From IMG/VR virus record IMGVR_UViG_3300009164_000047, positions 1 through 64,000 of that record: a stretch of DNA of 64,000 nucleotides; one strand, written 5' to 3'. The position numbers and the translations under genes were made by a program. Shown piece by piece: positions 32,801-41,957 of this stretch (position 1 is its first letter; every line of letters starts with the position of its first letter). The DNA is from a virus. The notes below the pieces were generated by a model. The model made no database searches, was not told the DNA's origin, and was given only the letters and a program-made list of their open reading frames with translations.

Positions 32801-35800
32801 ATAGTGTAGTAAGCGTATATACGTGGGTCGAGAGTGATGTTACTCCCGTAAACTACACAGGAACAGGAACACCCTACGACTTAGAATCATATACAACTAC
32901 AGTCGAAGTTGATAATGCAGGATCATTAGTATTGAAATACTATTACTGGGTAAAGAATACTAATGTTATTCAAAGTACTAAGGGCAAAACTCTATCTGAT
33001 ACAATTTTAGAATTATATATTGCAAATCCAATAACATCAGGTGTGCCATTCTTTGCGGCATATAAACCAAACGTATTTGGCTTGTATAATGCTAGTGACT
33101 TTATAACAGATTTAACCTCTAGTTTATATATTGGTTTCAGTTCTGGTAGTAACGAAACACCGGCATACAATGAATATAAATTAATTCGTGCAGGTTATGA
33201 AGATGACTTTATTGCCGGTATCCCCTCAATGTATACCGAGCATAATGAACCAGAAGCGATGTATGAAAAATTACTAGACAGTCTTGCTGGTATGGACAGT
33301 CAGGGTCGTGTAGTACCCGACATTACATTACCTAAGTTAATGCAAACTGGTACAGCATATAGACCTAGACAAAGTATGTTTAAGAATAGATTAAAAGCAT
33401 TGGCTAACTATTTTGGATATGCTAATACAGTATTGAAACAATACCCTATCGCTGAGTTTAAAACTCCTAGTTTGCTAGGTTCTAGTAATAGTGAAAGTAG
33501 TACAGTAAGAGCACCTACATTCTTTACTATAGCTGGAGTTGATTTTGATACAACTAAGTATTGGGAATATATTTACTGGTGGGCTGAAGGTTATAGTGTC
33601 AATACTAAAATTGACGTTGAAGTTTCTAAATATTATGGTCTTGCCACACTGATCCCGTACCTAGGTATGATCGCCGGTGTTACTATGAATAGTGATGGTA
33701 AGCGTGAAGTATATGTGTACAACGGAAAGTCATGGGATAGGATTGGATTAGAACAGGGTACAATTCAAATCAAAGAATCATTGTGGAATTATTCTGGATA
33801 CAAAATTGGTTTTGACAGTAATTTCTTTGATTTAGATGCATATGATTCATATCCTTCAATGGAAACTCGCTATATAATTCGTGCATTGAATGAACAAATT
33901 TACACAGAGACATTGCGAATTCACCGTAATAAGAGTTTGATATTGTTGTTTGAATATATTGTAAGCGAGAATACAACTTCACAAAACAACTTAACTTGGT
34001 TAAATAAAACATCATTGGTAGATGTACAGCATACATTACGTGAATTAGCACAAGATAAAAACTATAAGCGTGATAATCAAGTGTTCTTGGAAGGCTTCAT
34101 TAATGAAGTTAAACCTTATCGTGTTGTCATTAAAGAATTCTTATTGAAGTACACTAAAGCAGAATCATTTACTGGACAGGTAACTGACTTTGATTTGCCG
34201 GGCAGATATAGCGTTACTACAGATAGATTTATAACACCTAATTTAGTTTTTGATTCAGTAAGAGCTACCGGACAAGTTTTACCTACTGATGCTATCTGGA
34301 CTGATAGTTTATATTCTGACTGGTATAGTAATTACGGTATATCATTGACCGGAAGTGCCAACAATCCAATCACATCTTTGGAAATATATTTAGATAAAAT
34401 TAGCGATGTTTTGTATGTAGATGATGCTTTTGGATTACCAGTAACTGGAAGAATTAAAATTGATAATGAGTACATTAACTATTCTCAAATTGACAGAGAA
34501 AAGGGTAAATTATACAGTTTAACTCGCGGCGCAGGTGATAGTGATGTAGCTAACCATATCCCAGGAACAATTGTGTATATAGATTTACCGGGAGTAGTAC
34601 TGTTAGATTCAGGAAGAGACTATATTGACCCTCCACAGATTAGTGCAGTAATTGATTCAACAATTTATCCTGCACCAACTAGACCTGCTACTCTTATACC
34701 AGTTATGTCAGGTGGAAAAGTAATTGACATTACTGTAACTGATCCGGGATTAGGATATACAACTAAACCGGATATTGTTATTCAAGCATCAATCACTATA
34801 TTATTTGATAGTGCAAATATTAACTACAATGATAATACTATAAACATTAATGCAGTTTCGTTATTAACCGGAGATGCAGTAAAATATATCAAATCATTAA
34901 CAAGTCTTGGTATCTCTGGGTTACAAAACAAAAAATATTACTATGTGCGAGTGATTAGTACAGACAGTTTATTTTATAAAAAATCAGTTATAGCATTGTA
35001 CACTACCAAGAATAATGCAATGATAGATTCACGCAGAGTGAATTTAGCTGAAAGTATAAACAGCATTAATAACAAGTTGGAAGTTTCTGCAAGAGCAGTA
35101 CCAATAGTATCCAATACACCAACAAGAGAATTAACTTCTACACTAAAATTTGACAGAACAAGTTATAGAACTAAGGTCGAAGAATGGACATCCGGTGAAT
35201 ACTACGGTAGTGTTGTTACTAATAATGGTGTAGAAAGTAGTTTAGACTTATCAGTGAACTATGCTATACCGTATCCGGGACTTACTGGAGTAGCAACTCA
35301 CCCAGGATCAGCTACTGACGGAACTGGTGCAATATTTACAATATACAATATATTGTTTGGTCTATCTTACGATGCTGAAATTACTTTTGCAGGTGCATCA
35401 TACGATGTGGGTGATATTATAACCATATCAGGTGCCAATCTAAGTGGAATCTCATCTACAAATAATTGCGTCTTAACAGTTACTACAATTAGTAATGTAG
35501 GCGGAATAACTTCAGTGACTGTTGCAGGCACGCCATCAACCGTTACACGTGCAAGTATTCAACAAGCAGTATTACCAATCACTAACGTGAGTTCTATAAA
35601 TGCAACCATTGCATCTACTACTAACGGTATTATATACGGTAATCAATTTGCCGCTGCTGGAACTATTAATGGATTGTTTATTTCAGGAATGGTACTAAGC
35701 GGTGGAACTATTCCTGCAAACTCAGTTCACATTACTAAAGTTGTAACTGCTAAATTTACTGCTGAAATTTTTGGTACATCGTCAGTTAAAATATTGACAG

Positions 35801-38800
35801 GAACTCTACCAAAAATAGGCATGCTGGTTACCGGATTTACAATACCAGCAAATACATTTGTTATTTCTGTGTCTAGTGAATACGTAGAGTTGTCTAACAT
35901 TATCAGAATAACACCGGCAGTTCAGTTTATAGACTTTACTGGAGTGATTTACGATCTTAACACCACCGTTACTACTCAATTAAATGTTGCAATAACCGGC
36001 ACATCAGGTGATTCCGTAGCAACATTAAATTATTCAGTTACAAACTTACAACCAGGACAAATTAAAGGTCTACAGTTATATTTTTATAAAATTATTAATC
36101 CATATACATATGTTGATTCAAGACCCGGCGGTGCAACTATCAAGGTGTTTAAGCCAAACTTCTCTGCTCAAAACATAACAAATAAGTACTTCATTCAAAT
36201 TATTGATCCTGGTACTATTTACGCTAATGGTGATGTTATTGTAATTAACGGTAGCAATTTAGGTGGTGTGAATGGTATTAATGATGCTAAGATTACAGTA
36301 AAGCTAGCAGATTATATAACTAATGAAATAAGCGTATATGAATTAAACGGGGTAGCAGTTAACTCTTTTGAAAAATACTATGTCAAGCCTATTAGTCAGA
36401 CACAAGTTGCGTTATTCTATGACACCTCACTAGTAAGACCTGTACCAAACCATGCATTTACATTCCTAAGTGGTGATTATGCATATATTCCAGAACCAAT
36501 CTACATTACATCCGGACACACTCGCAGTCCATATAGTTTAGTAACATTCAATAATACATTATATCGTTGCATGGTAAGTAATAATGATATTGCATTTGAT
36601 TTTAACAAATGGGAAGAAGTACGTAGTGATGAATTTGATTTGAATGCATTAGATAGAATCATGGGATTCTACAATCCAACAGACAACATGCCAGGTAAAA
36701 ATCTACCAATGTTAGTATCTGGTATTGATTATCCAAATAATACTTACTTTGGTCAACCGTTTGATGACTTAGTTAATGAACTAGATACTGTATTGAAGGA
36801 TCAAATATTCTATCCAAGCAATATCAATTTACGTGGTATTATCGTAGCCGAACAAAACTTGTTGGTTGCAATTGGTGATACTGAATCATATTCTATTATA
36901 TTGTTAAGTCACGATACTGGCGTAACTTGGACTATGAAACAAATCAGTAAAAATGTATTAAATGTACAAGACATTAGATATGATGAAGGTCATTATGTTA
37001 TCGTTACAAGTAATATACATTCACCTGTCGTAACCAGCAACGACTTAGAAAATTGGGTATCAGTGGGAGAATTTACACCATACGATACTAATAAATTTGA
37101 TGATGTGGGATATGATAGTTCATCAATTTCTGCACCAAAAGATAAATTGTACAGTGTAATTTATAACAACAATTTCTATATTGCTGTGGGTGATGAATTA
37201 CTAATCAGCCCGGACAGCTATACTTGGAGTGTTCAATATAGCTTCAGAAGTTCATTACCTCAACAATTTAAACGTGTAGCTTATGTATCTTCTGCATTCT
37301 TTGACGGTTATATTGCTACTGGTCTTGGTACAATTACTAATACTACTGTTAATGGATACACATCATTGGTATCAACTTCTAAAACTTTCAGAAGTTTGAA
37401 CGGTCTTGATTGGGAAGAAATATTACCAAGAGTAGTATCAACTGGATTAAATGTAGTATTATCATCTGGAACAGCTATTGTTTTAGCTGGTGACAATTAT
37501 CAAGTTTTCACATCAACTAACTCTCATGCATGGGATCCGGCATCAATTGACGGTACTGCAAAGACATCTAATCTGTTAAACGGTATATATGCTAACGGAA
37601 TGTTTGTTATTGTGGGCGATGATGGTACCATTATAACTAGCCCGGATGGAATTATTTGGAGTGAAGTAGTATCTAATACTACCAAGACATTGACTGCAAT
37701 AACATATAGTGACGATAATTGGATTATTGTTGGATCCGATGCTACTATTCTACGTAGCACTGATGCTGTTATATGGCAAAATGTATCATTGATTAAGACA
37801 GAAGAAAACTTCTATCAAATCAAAGGTGATCCATTCATTTCTGGTTATGGACCAGAGGAATTAGTTCCCGGTGTATTAACAGATACGTTAACCATGACTG
37901 TTACAACTCGCCCGGGAAGTACATGGCTAGTTGAAGATTATCCATTCAATGGATTTACAGTTAAAAAATTCATACATGCACTTACTGATTTACCAATAGA
38001 CTTTTCTCTGATTACCGAGAATCCTGCACACGTTGCATTATACTTAATGGATTCTTCTACTAAGTTAGGTTTTAGAATTTATCAAGATATAACACCTACT
38101 ACATCTAATAGCTATTCATATTCAATCAATTGGATTACTCAATCAATCACGCTAAGTGCTTTGGATGGTGTTAGTTTGTATGATAACACAAAATATCTAC
38201 AAATTGAAGTATATGAATTTGGTAATGGCAATCAAGAAGTTAGAAGTAATTCGCAGAACTTGCCTTTACGTATTGATCCTGTTACAGGTTATAGTGAAAT
38301 ATGGTTAGGTTATGCATACGCACCGGAAATATATGCTACTCCTGTTGTTTACTTAAACGGTAACCCTTTAATATATGAGGATGATTACAAAATATCAACC
38401 ACCGCATCTAAAGAAGCTAAATTATTGTTCACTACAACATACCATTCTGAAACTGATTATTTAAGTTTTGCAATTATGGGTCTAGAAATTAACTCTAAAC
38501 AAAATAGTTTCAGTATTCCACAAACACAAGTATTTGAAGTTGCACCATCTATAACTGAATTAGTTCTCACTAATTTTGTTGGATTGTCTTCAGATGGTTA
38601 TACCAATGATGTAGATGCTATTGTAGAATATAATGGTGTAAGATTAATTCCAACTATCCAGTATACTATTGCAGTTGATCCTAATTCAGAAATTGGTACA
38701 GTGACATTATTGTTTAATCCGGCATCTGGCGAAGATTTGATTAGTGTTACTACATTCCATGATACCCGTGACCAATACTTGTTAACAGAAAACATTAACA

Positions 38801-39924
38801 CATTACAAGTAACTCCACTATTAACTGTCAACACTGATAAAGGTGAGTTGACATTAATCGTTACTACGGTACCTGAATTTGTCACCGGTGACTTAATAAC
38901 AATTGATGGTATTAACGGTACTACACAATTAAATGGTAATGAATATTATGTTAGATTAATGACTCCTGTAACAGAGGATGCAATAACATATCAACCAATT
39001 AAACTATTCTATGATGTATTGTTGGCAAAACCAGTAACTGGTAAAATACTAACAAGTTATGTGTCTGGTGGATATATTTGGAAATCTGACACTACACATG
39101 AAATAAATCAACCTGATTTAACGTTGACTAATATTAATAGATTGTTTGTGACTATTAACGGATACAAAGTTGACAACAGTAGACTTAAACTTAAGAGTGG
39201 AAACAAGCTTAATATTTTAGAACCTATTACTACGGGTGATGTTGTTTTGATTACCAGTATGATTACAAACGCTACACCCAATCAACTAGTATATGTAAAT
39301 CACATTGATAAAAATGGTGAACAATCAATATACCGAGCAAATACAGGTGTCAGAACTTGGTTGACAAAAAACTTAGAAGTACTTGACAGTCAAATATATG
39401 TCGAAGATGTAGCTAAGTTGTTAGATTTAGTCAAAACAACCGTAGTTGCAGCTACAATAAATGAAAATGTTGCGTGCCTTGTAAATTACGCAGTCGAGAC
39501 CATTAAGGAAATTTCTGTATATAATATTTCTACACTAACTCAAATAAGTACAGAAAATATTACATTGGCTATTAAGAATTCTAGACCAGTGATTTATATA
39601 GCTAAAGGTGCTTCTGAAGGTGATAACTTGGAGGTTTCACTACGACTAGGTAACACTATCAATATTGGTGGGGAAATTATTACTTTTAAGAAAGTTAATA
39701 CTGAGACTAATACAATTTCAGGAATTACCCGAGGAGTAGATGGTTCTGGTGCTAGATTGATGCATTCGGAATATACTATGGTCTATGGTGTAAAATTGAC
39801 AAATACATTGTTCAATTTCTACTATAACCGTACTTGGAACAGTGAGGACTATTCAGTTGAGGGTGATCCGTTGCAAGTCAGTGACAGCTTCCCGGCTAAC
39901 TTCTTGCAGGTCGGTACAGAATAA
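23809..39924 (+). CDS. Giant (5371 aa) baseplate wedge protein, gp7-like, with propeller and carbohydrate-binding-like insertions
   Basis: Follows gp6. RTIDFLPEIF N-terminus, EKGTKNA and EVKPYRV wedge-like motifs, FG..GAVYVY repeats, SxDGxxW repeats. Single uninterrupted ORF. Confidence 0.75.
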   Translation: MANRVRTIDFLPEIFRTETNNQFLGATLDQLVTPPKLDKIEGYIGRKFEYGLTASDSYIVEPSKIRQDYQFEPGVIFTKTNTSTAVDFLTYPGLVDALVSENGSVINHSKLFANQFYSWDSFVDLDKLVNFSQYYWLPDGPDVVDVKTSLLYNKLDYVVTNQSIDYSISANDISLGKNPIITLLRGGTYTFNVSQPNKFYIQTSPGTSGKNPSRVNLTSREIYGLDNNGIDAGFMTFTVPYATDQDNIKYPGNNPVDIVCTLPFEKVHGMPLSKLKEIDGINSLRNRTLMFYGFKPGTTAKLTNFYDNVAFDDVTYDGGDTTVITNNFYKINYVSEDDGDPVIILTEQKVIPTNQKITAIFGETFISRDFVKNQLGEILQLAQITADLDTLYYQDAVDPLKTGLIKLVEDNASHKINVEAEILGKKTYKSPFGVVFTNGMKINFVGSIFPESYKDKKYYVEGVGTGIELVPETDVLVPETFSQIVYKSYDNEGFDTSTFSERLNVPVVKDYITISRNAKNRNAWSRSNRWFHINVLKATALYSSGKISNAALNNADNRAKRPIIEFYPNLKLFNSGTMHKTFVDFIDTTTTNANTQVSGQTSYIPDGSLPLFDGATIVFTADNDVEVRNKIFTVRFRSITGSGSPIITLTNANKDVIVANEQVVSKRGTNNVGKTYYFNGSNWSYSQAKTLINQPPIFDVFDINGVSFSNQSYYQGSDFKGTKLFSYAIGTGTDDIILGFPIKYSSVANIGDINFNIDFNSDSFNFIKNFVSTTYNITDGYVHNYTSLTAYNRKIGWETAIGESFQYQAFEFEYTIGKSFSTLKFNILPVTSSPWPTVKVYFDSTELTSSQFTVKTSTTLNQTTVTLLFPPVVNTMMQVLIYSNDPLDSKAYFTIPSNLSNNPFNVDIPELSLGDLRGHYQSIYNNSRKITGDVFGANNFRDVGNLIPYSTKIIRNSAPMVKLAAFMRHPEYNLIDSLSFNAQEYVKFKQLMLSTVDQSEYFPTMSGGQMLDDVLQQIASYKQESDSFFWSDMLPARAPYISKIYTFNAFIDTSFFPLSKIYDFKNANYNSILVYSKNTVGGIDRYTQLIKDLDYTISSTQPKLQITKDLVAGDTIIVNEYNTTYGSYVPNTPSKLGLYPASRPSIVLDNSYLIPTYFIKGHDGSLTKLFGAYNNGYLEDFKDKVLLEFETRIYNNIKVSAPIPIKEDEIIPGYFRSTGNSIAEVQNIYSVNFLDWVGKNNIDFANNFYSSSEKFTWNYKNATDKTNKVITQGFWRGIYLWYYDTTTPHSTPWEMLGLTDKPSWWDARYGEAPYTSDNKVLWTDIEAGRINGTVNSRRARPGLSTILPVDSYGNLKNPFNTMVRDYSKAVFNTAWDVGDVGPAEYSYRRSSNWPFDLMKIIALLKPAKFFSLAQDIDLYTYSSEFNQFLLDGFLHGNKIPLLYGNGTAQHGYMNWIVDYVQRTGHIGHNKVTSLLNNLDVRLIYRIAGFTDKEYLNFYLEKTSTNSNNVSLLLPSESYNVMLYQNQPEFTIRYSSIIIQKTSANGYSVTGNSQTRSYFMTYTSDPDGTYKVIEVNGKKVNIPNNYSTVIKYVPYGTVFTTAQSLGEFITNYGRYLTDQGIQFDNQENEFILNWEQMVAEALYWVGANWEVGSLISINPVANCLVINKDSLIVQPLTAQDKNFILNQNLYAIHSSDLAILRDDTRFEVRPLNDGDTISYFTASLNSLEHGIVFDNVSLFNDTIFNKLTGLRQNRLFLRGQKTAEWNGTLNAQGFLLNQDNIENWSANVKYVKGSIVTHQNKYWMANKTVLASLTFNSNDWIETDYEKIQKGLLPNASTRASESALYYDIKNANLKNDGDLLGFSLIGYRPRDYLSASDLSDISQVNLYKSFLSEKGTKNAVNIAQNITLDVGQIKYDVYENWAIKTAEYGGITNHNFIEFKLNKTQLTGNPNIIGIVNDKPESGLLQTIPLYGLTNFGSVITDINILPRKPLDYFEKLPSAGYVNFNDIKMFSLSFDRLSVGTLTANDIFQGDYIWIADDYGSWKVTTPIPMGTINKHVNAISVNNNFNGTATFEFDFPHGLVKDDTFMIVNYDSSIDGFYRVNTVGGLTTVTVDLSLPSDTTSINSLGIASKFQTQRITTTKELSNLLLMNDGASQQKVWVDTDQNGKWAVLQKDLSYKYTNLLKRSGTQNFGNSVIFDKDLGIYIGDPGARTVYRYAYAKAGTYGVTSINANTYEYKESAYVNTAGFGTAMAKSDDVIIITSPGATNSYVYVGVLHPSTHKSFIVQQVITIAGKRVGDAVALSGDKKWLYLSSLTEAKVYVYRLDDNVIRVSAGFVLSSAIAIYATGFIVNGDQSDGLGHGDKVSFSNAIKAESYVIETSEYNLGTNKTTFYIEGNFKSLVATGTTVYKATYNYSSVTTLNVSDVIPAWSGSTPYSVGAVVFHSGNTYIAVGGSTNQNPSTQTVYWKVSNTGFGTTLSTNFDGSKVFISAPTLDFTPTLFNMGAVYVYNRIVQNITYVRDSIDWTDLTTKLAWSPANGISVSHNGQLLVPAIDYTTTANTVTFKYPFRVGAGDVVNISSGDFVFTQTLTPYDYRTSVRSSIAFGTGLDTNIFGNDVLVGAPFDISVDNYEGAVYRYTHEGKKYGTITGVNAVTLVSTATILINGTVVVLPSTGLNNIVTAINQAGILNVIATAIDETKLQISLRDPKLGRLNDKLTITVFNKSVLDSLGIKEYTQTQTIREVHNTTNPTQFGYSIKFNEYNSVAISAPVANRFAATTFDFIDDSKSNNDTYFDNNFTRFIDSFANAGAVFVYDYIAEYNESLSNLGSYVFAQSCNDLITNIGPSAFYGRQLAFSEYTLVVGIPDNYSGDGFNGRVVAYKNLTNKPNWNIFRKSNDVVDVDRLSGVQIYDNDTNERSQSLDYIDPLQGKLLGVVMENLDYVDSIDPAGYNTDVRNHNLVWSSEYIGKLWFDTSSTRFVNYHQEDTVYNSRYWGTVFPDSVVSVYTWVESDVTPVNYTGTGTPYDLESYTTTVEVDNAGSLVLKYYYWVKNTNVIQSTKGKTLSDTILELYIANPITSGVPFFAAYKPNVFGLYNASDFITDLTSSLYIGFSSGSNETPAYNEYKLIRAGYEDDFIAGIPSMYTEHNEPEAMYEKLLDSLAGMDSQGRVVPDITLPKLMQTGTAYRPRQSMFKNRLKALANYFGYANTVLKQYPIAEFKTPSLLGSSNSESSTVRAPTFFTIAGVDFDTTKYWEYIYWWAEGYSVNTKIDVEVSKYYGLATLIPYLGMIAGVTMNSDGKREVYVYNGKSWDRIGLEQGTIQIKESLWNYSGYKIGFDSNFFDLDAYDSYPSMETRYIIRALNEQIYTETLRIHRNKSLILLFEYIVSENTTSQNNLTWLNKTSLVDVQHTLRELAQDKNYKRDNQVFLEGFINEVKPYRVVIKEFLLKYTKAESFTGQVTDFDLPGRYSVTTDRFITPNLVFDSVRATGQVLPTDAIWTDSLYSDWYSNYGISLTGSANNPITSLEIYLDKISDVLYVDDAFGLPVTGRIKIDNEYINYSQIDREKGKLYSLTRGAGDSDVANHIPGTIVYIDLPGVVLLDSGRDYIDPPQISAVIDSTIYPAPTRPATLIPVMSGGKVIDITVTDPGLGYTTKPDIVIQASITILFDSANINYNDNTININAVSLLTGDAVKYIKSLTSLGISGLQNKKYYYVRVISTDSLFYKKSVIALYTTKNNAMIDSRRVNLAESINSINNKLEVSARAVPIVSNTPTRELTSTLKFDRTSYRTKVEEWTSGEYYGSVVTNNGVESSLDLSVNYAIPYPGLTGVATHPGSATDGTGAIFTIYNILFGLSYDAEITFAGASYDVGDIITISGANLSGISSTNNCVLTVTTISNVGGITSVTVAGTPSTVTRASIQQAVLPITNVSSINATIASTTNGIIYGNQFAAAGTINGLFISGMVLSGGTIPANSVHITKVVTAKFTAEIFGTSSVKILTGTLPKIGMLVTGFTIPANTFVISVSSEYVELSNIIRITPAVQFIDFTGVIYDLNTTVTTQLNVAITGTSGDSVATLNYSVTNLQPGQIKGLQLYFYKIINPYTYVDSRPGGATIKVFKPNFSAQNITNKYFIQIIDPGTIYANGDVIVINGSNLGGVNGINDAKITVKLADYITNEISVYELNGVAVNSFEKYYVKPISQTQVALFYDTSLVRPVPNHAFTFLSGDYAYIPEPIYITSGHTRSPYSLVTFNNTLYRCMVSNNDIAFDFNKWEEVRSDEFDLNALDRIMGFYNPTDNMPGKNLPMLVSGIDYPNNTYFGQPFDDLVNELDTVLKDQIFYPSNINLRGIIVAEQNLLVAIGDTESYSIILLSHDTGVTWTMKQISKNVLNVQDIRYDEGHYVIVTSNIHSPVVTSNDLENWVSVGEFTPYDTNKFDDVGYDSSSISAPKDKLYSVIYNNNFYIAVGDELLISPDSYTWSVQYSFRSSLPQQFKRVAYVSSAFFDGYIATGLGTITNTTVNGYTSLVSTSKTFRSLNGLDWEEILPRVVSTGLNVVLSSGTAIVLAGDNYQVFTSTNSHAWDPASIDGTAKTSNLLNGIYANGMFVIVGDDGTIITSPDGIIWSEVVSNTTKTLTAITYSDDNWIIVGSDATILRSTDAVIWQNVSLIKTEENFYQIKGDPFISGYGPEELVPGVLTDTLTMTVTTRPGSTWLVEDYPFNGFTVKKFIHALTDLPIDFSLITENPAHVALYLMDSSTKLGFRIYQDITPTTSNSYSYSINWITQSITLSALDGVSLYDNTKYLQIEVYEFGNGNQEVRSNSQNLPLRIDPVTGYSEIWLGYAYAPEIYATPVVYLNGNPLIYEDDYKISTTASKEAKLLFTTTYHSETDYLSFAIMGLEINSKQNSFSIPQTQVFEVAPSITELVLTNFVGLSSDGYTNDVDAIVEYNGVRLIPTIQYTIAVDPNSEIGTVTLLFNPASGEDLISVTTFHDTRDQYLLTENINTLQVTPLLTVNTDKGELTLIVTTVPEFVTGDLITIDGINGTTQLNGNEYYVRLMTPVTEDAITYQPIKLFYDVLLAKPVTGKILTSYVSGGYIWKSDTTHEINQPDLTLTNINRLFVTINGYKVDNSRLKLKSGNKLNILEPITTGDVVLITSMITNATPNQLVYVNHIDKNGEQSIYRANTGVRTWLTKNLEVLDSQIYVEDVAKLLDLVKTTVVAATINENVACLVNYAVETIKEISVYNISTLTQISTENITLAIKNSRPVIYIAKGASEGDNLEVSLRLGNTINIGGEIITFKKVNTETNTISGITRGVDGSGARLMHSEYTMVYGVKLTNTLFNFYYNRTWNSEDYSVEGDPLQVSDSFPANFLQVGTE

Positions 39925-39941
39925 ATGATAAATAAACTATT

Positions 39942-40082
39942 ATGAACGAAAAACCAGAAAATACGGCAGAAACTAAGGAAGTAAAACCCAATGAACAAAG
40001 CGGATTTTACTTTAGTTCCTTCCTCAAGATTACTGATCCCAATACTAAGGAAATTCTAGTGCAAGTCAGGGGCGATAACTAA
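39942..40082 (+). CDS. Unannotated 46-aa protein (MNEKPENTAETKEVKPNEQSGFYFSSFLKITDPNTKEILVQVRGDN)
   Basis: Fills the gap exactly, starts 7 nt after GATAAATA and is TAATG-coupled to the next gene. Confidence 0.75.
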   Translation: MNEKPENTAETKEVKPNEQSGFYFSSFLKITDPNTKEILVQVRGDN

Positions 40083-40699
40083 TGTCAATACAAAATATGT
40101 TAAAAATTGAAGGATTTGTCAAATTGACCGACCCTAACACAGGTGAAGTCTTACTGGACAAAAAGAATGCAATCCACTATGAGAACATTTCCCAAGCTAT
40201 TGCAGACGCACTTAGTAACCGAGGTTACGGCGGAATCTATAAGATGGCATTTGGCAACGGAGGAACTAGCGTAGATGATACAGGTATTATTACGTATTTG
40301 CCCCCAAATACAGTGGGTATTAATGCAAGTTTATACAATCAGACTTATACTAAGATTGTAGATGATACTAGTATTTTAAATACTGACCCCTCAAGAAATA
40401 AAATGATTATCAGTCATGTTACTGGTAAAGTTTATACCGACATTATCGTGCAGTGTTTACTAGACTTTGGTGAACCCAATGGACAGACAGCGTTTGATAA
40501 TGGTACTCAAACAGAATCATCGTACACCTTTGACGAAATGGGTATTTTAGCTGGATATGGAATGGATACGTCTGGTAATGAACAGACAAGACTATTAACT
40601 CATGTGATTTTTCACCCCGTTCAAAAAAGTTTGAACAGACAAATACAATTGGACTACACAATCAGGATTCAAAGCTTGACAAACGTAGTTACAATTTAA
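40082..40699 (+). CDS. Virion structural protein (baseplate/fibre attachment)
   Basis: MAFGNGGT..FDEMGI..LLTHVIFHPVQKS..DYTIRI; follows the gp7-like gene. Confidence 0.65.
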   Translation: MSIQNMLKIEGFVKLTDPNTGEVLLDKKNAIHYENISQAIADALSNRGYGGIYKMAFGNGGTSVDDTGIITYLPPNTVGINASLYNQTYTKIVDDTSILNTDPSRNKMIISHVTGKVYTDIIVQCLLDFGEPNGQTAFDNGTQTESSYTFDEMGILAGYGMDTSGNEQTRLLTHVIFHPVQKSLNRQIQLDYTIRIQSLTNVVTI

Positions 40700-40733
40700 G
40701 ATAAATATTTAAAGACTCTGGAGCAACAAGCAA

Positions 40734-41945
40734 ATGGCATATACAATTATTAGAAGTAACGGTAGTACGTTAACTACTATTCAAGACGGTACAATCAATA
40801 CTACTAGTACCTCACTATCACTACCCGGTCGTAGCTGGTCAGGATATGGACAAGCATTTGATACAAACTTTGTTCGTATTACTGAAAGTTTTGCCGCAGG
40901 TAGTCCTCCTGCTAACCCACTGAAGGGTCAATTGTGGTACAATACATCGACTAATACATTGAACGTTTGTCCGGCAGACGGTACGCTAACTGCAAGTTCT
41001 TGGTTGACGTTAACATCAACTAGCACTTCAGGTACTGCTACTCTTGCTAACGTAACTGTTACTGGAAATTTATCTGCTAATAACATTAGCGTGGGTAATT
41101 TAATCAGCGGCGATATTCTTAATGTTCGTTTAGCTAACGTATCCGGTACAATGACTGCTACTACAGGTAATATTACTACTGGTACTATTAGCACATTAAC
41201 TACACGCACAATAACAACAGGTAGCGCAACAACAACTGGTACATTGACAGGCGCGTGGTCTGTTTATGGTAATACTTCTGGTAATGCACTTTCTATTGTT
41301 AACGGTAATATTGCGTTCACTGCAAGCAGTGTTAATGGTATTCGTTGCGACAACTACATGTATGCAAACGGTGTACAATTTAATCCATCAGGTACATATA
41401 CAAACGCAAACGTTGCTGACTATTTGACTGGCGCGAATAGTATTGCACAATTTACAGGTAATATTGCTCCAAGACAAGTTACAACAACTCGTTTAGCAGG
41501 CGGCGGAACAGTTGCAGGTGTATGGACATTAGAAACTGGCGCAAGATTTCAAGCAACATTCGCTGACTTGGCAGAACGTTATTCGGCTGATGCAATCTAT
41601 GATGTTGGTACAGTTGTTGAATTAGGCGGTGACAAAGAAGTTACTGCTGTTAAAGAAGATTTAAGTTCAGATGTCTTTGGAGTTGTATCAAATAGCTATG
41701 CTTACTTATTGAATCAAGGTGCAGGCAATGATGAAACTCACCCTGCGGTTGCATTAGTTGGTCGTGTTCTAGTCAAAGTACAAGGACATGTTAAAAAGAA
41801 TGATCGCTTAGTAAGCGCAGGAAACGGTTATGCACGTGCAGCCAATCTTGAAGAAGTTACTGCATATAATACTATTGGACGAAGTTTATCTAATAAAGAC
41901 ACAGATGGTCCAGGTACGGTAGAAGCAGTAGTAAGCATAAGATAA
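40734..41945 (+). CDS. Tail fibre/baseplate protein with C-terminal intramolecular-chaperone (peptidase G2-like) domain
   Basis: P.NPLKGQLWYNT motif, Thr/Gly-rich shaft, ADLAERY..GTVV..GVVS..VALVGRVLVKV. Confidence 0.75.
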   Translation: MAYTIIRSNGSTLTTIQDGTINTTSTSLSLPGRSWSGYGQAFDTNFVRITESFAAGSPPANPLKGQLWYNTSTNTLNVCPADGTLTASSWLTLTSTSTSGTATLANVTVTGNLSANNISVGNLISGDILNVRLANVSGTMTATTGNITTGTISTLTTRTITTGSATTTGTLTGAWSVYGNTSGNALSIVNGNIAFTASSVNGIRCDNYMYANGVQFNPSGTYTNANVADYLTGANSIAQFTGNIAPRQVTTTRLAGGGTVAGVWTLETGARFQATFADLAERYSADAIYDVGTVVELGGDKEVTAVKEDLSSDVFGVVSNSYAYLLNQGAGNDETHPAVALVGRVLVKVQGHVKKNDRLVSAGNGYARAANLEEVTAYNTIGRSLSNKDTDGPGTVEAVVSIR

Positions 41946-41957
41946 GGGATACAGGAA

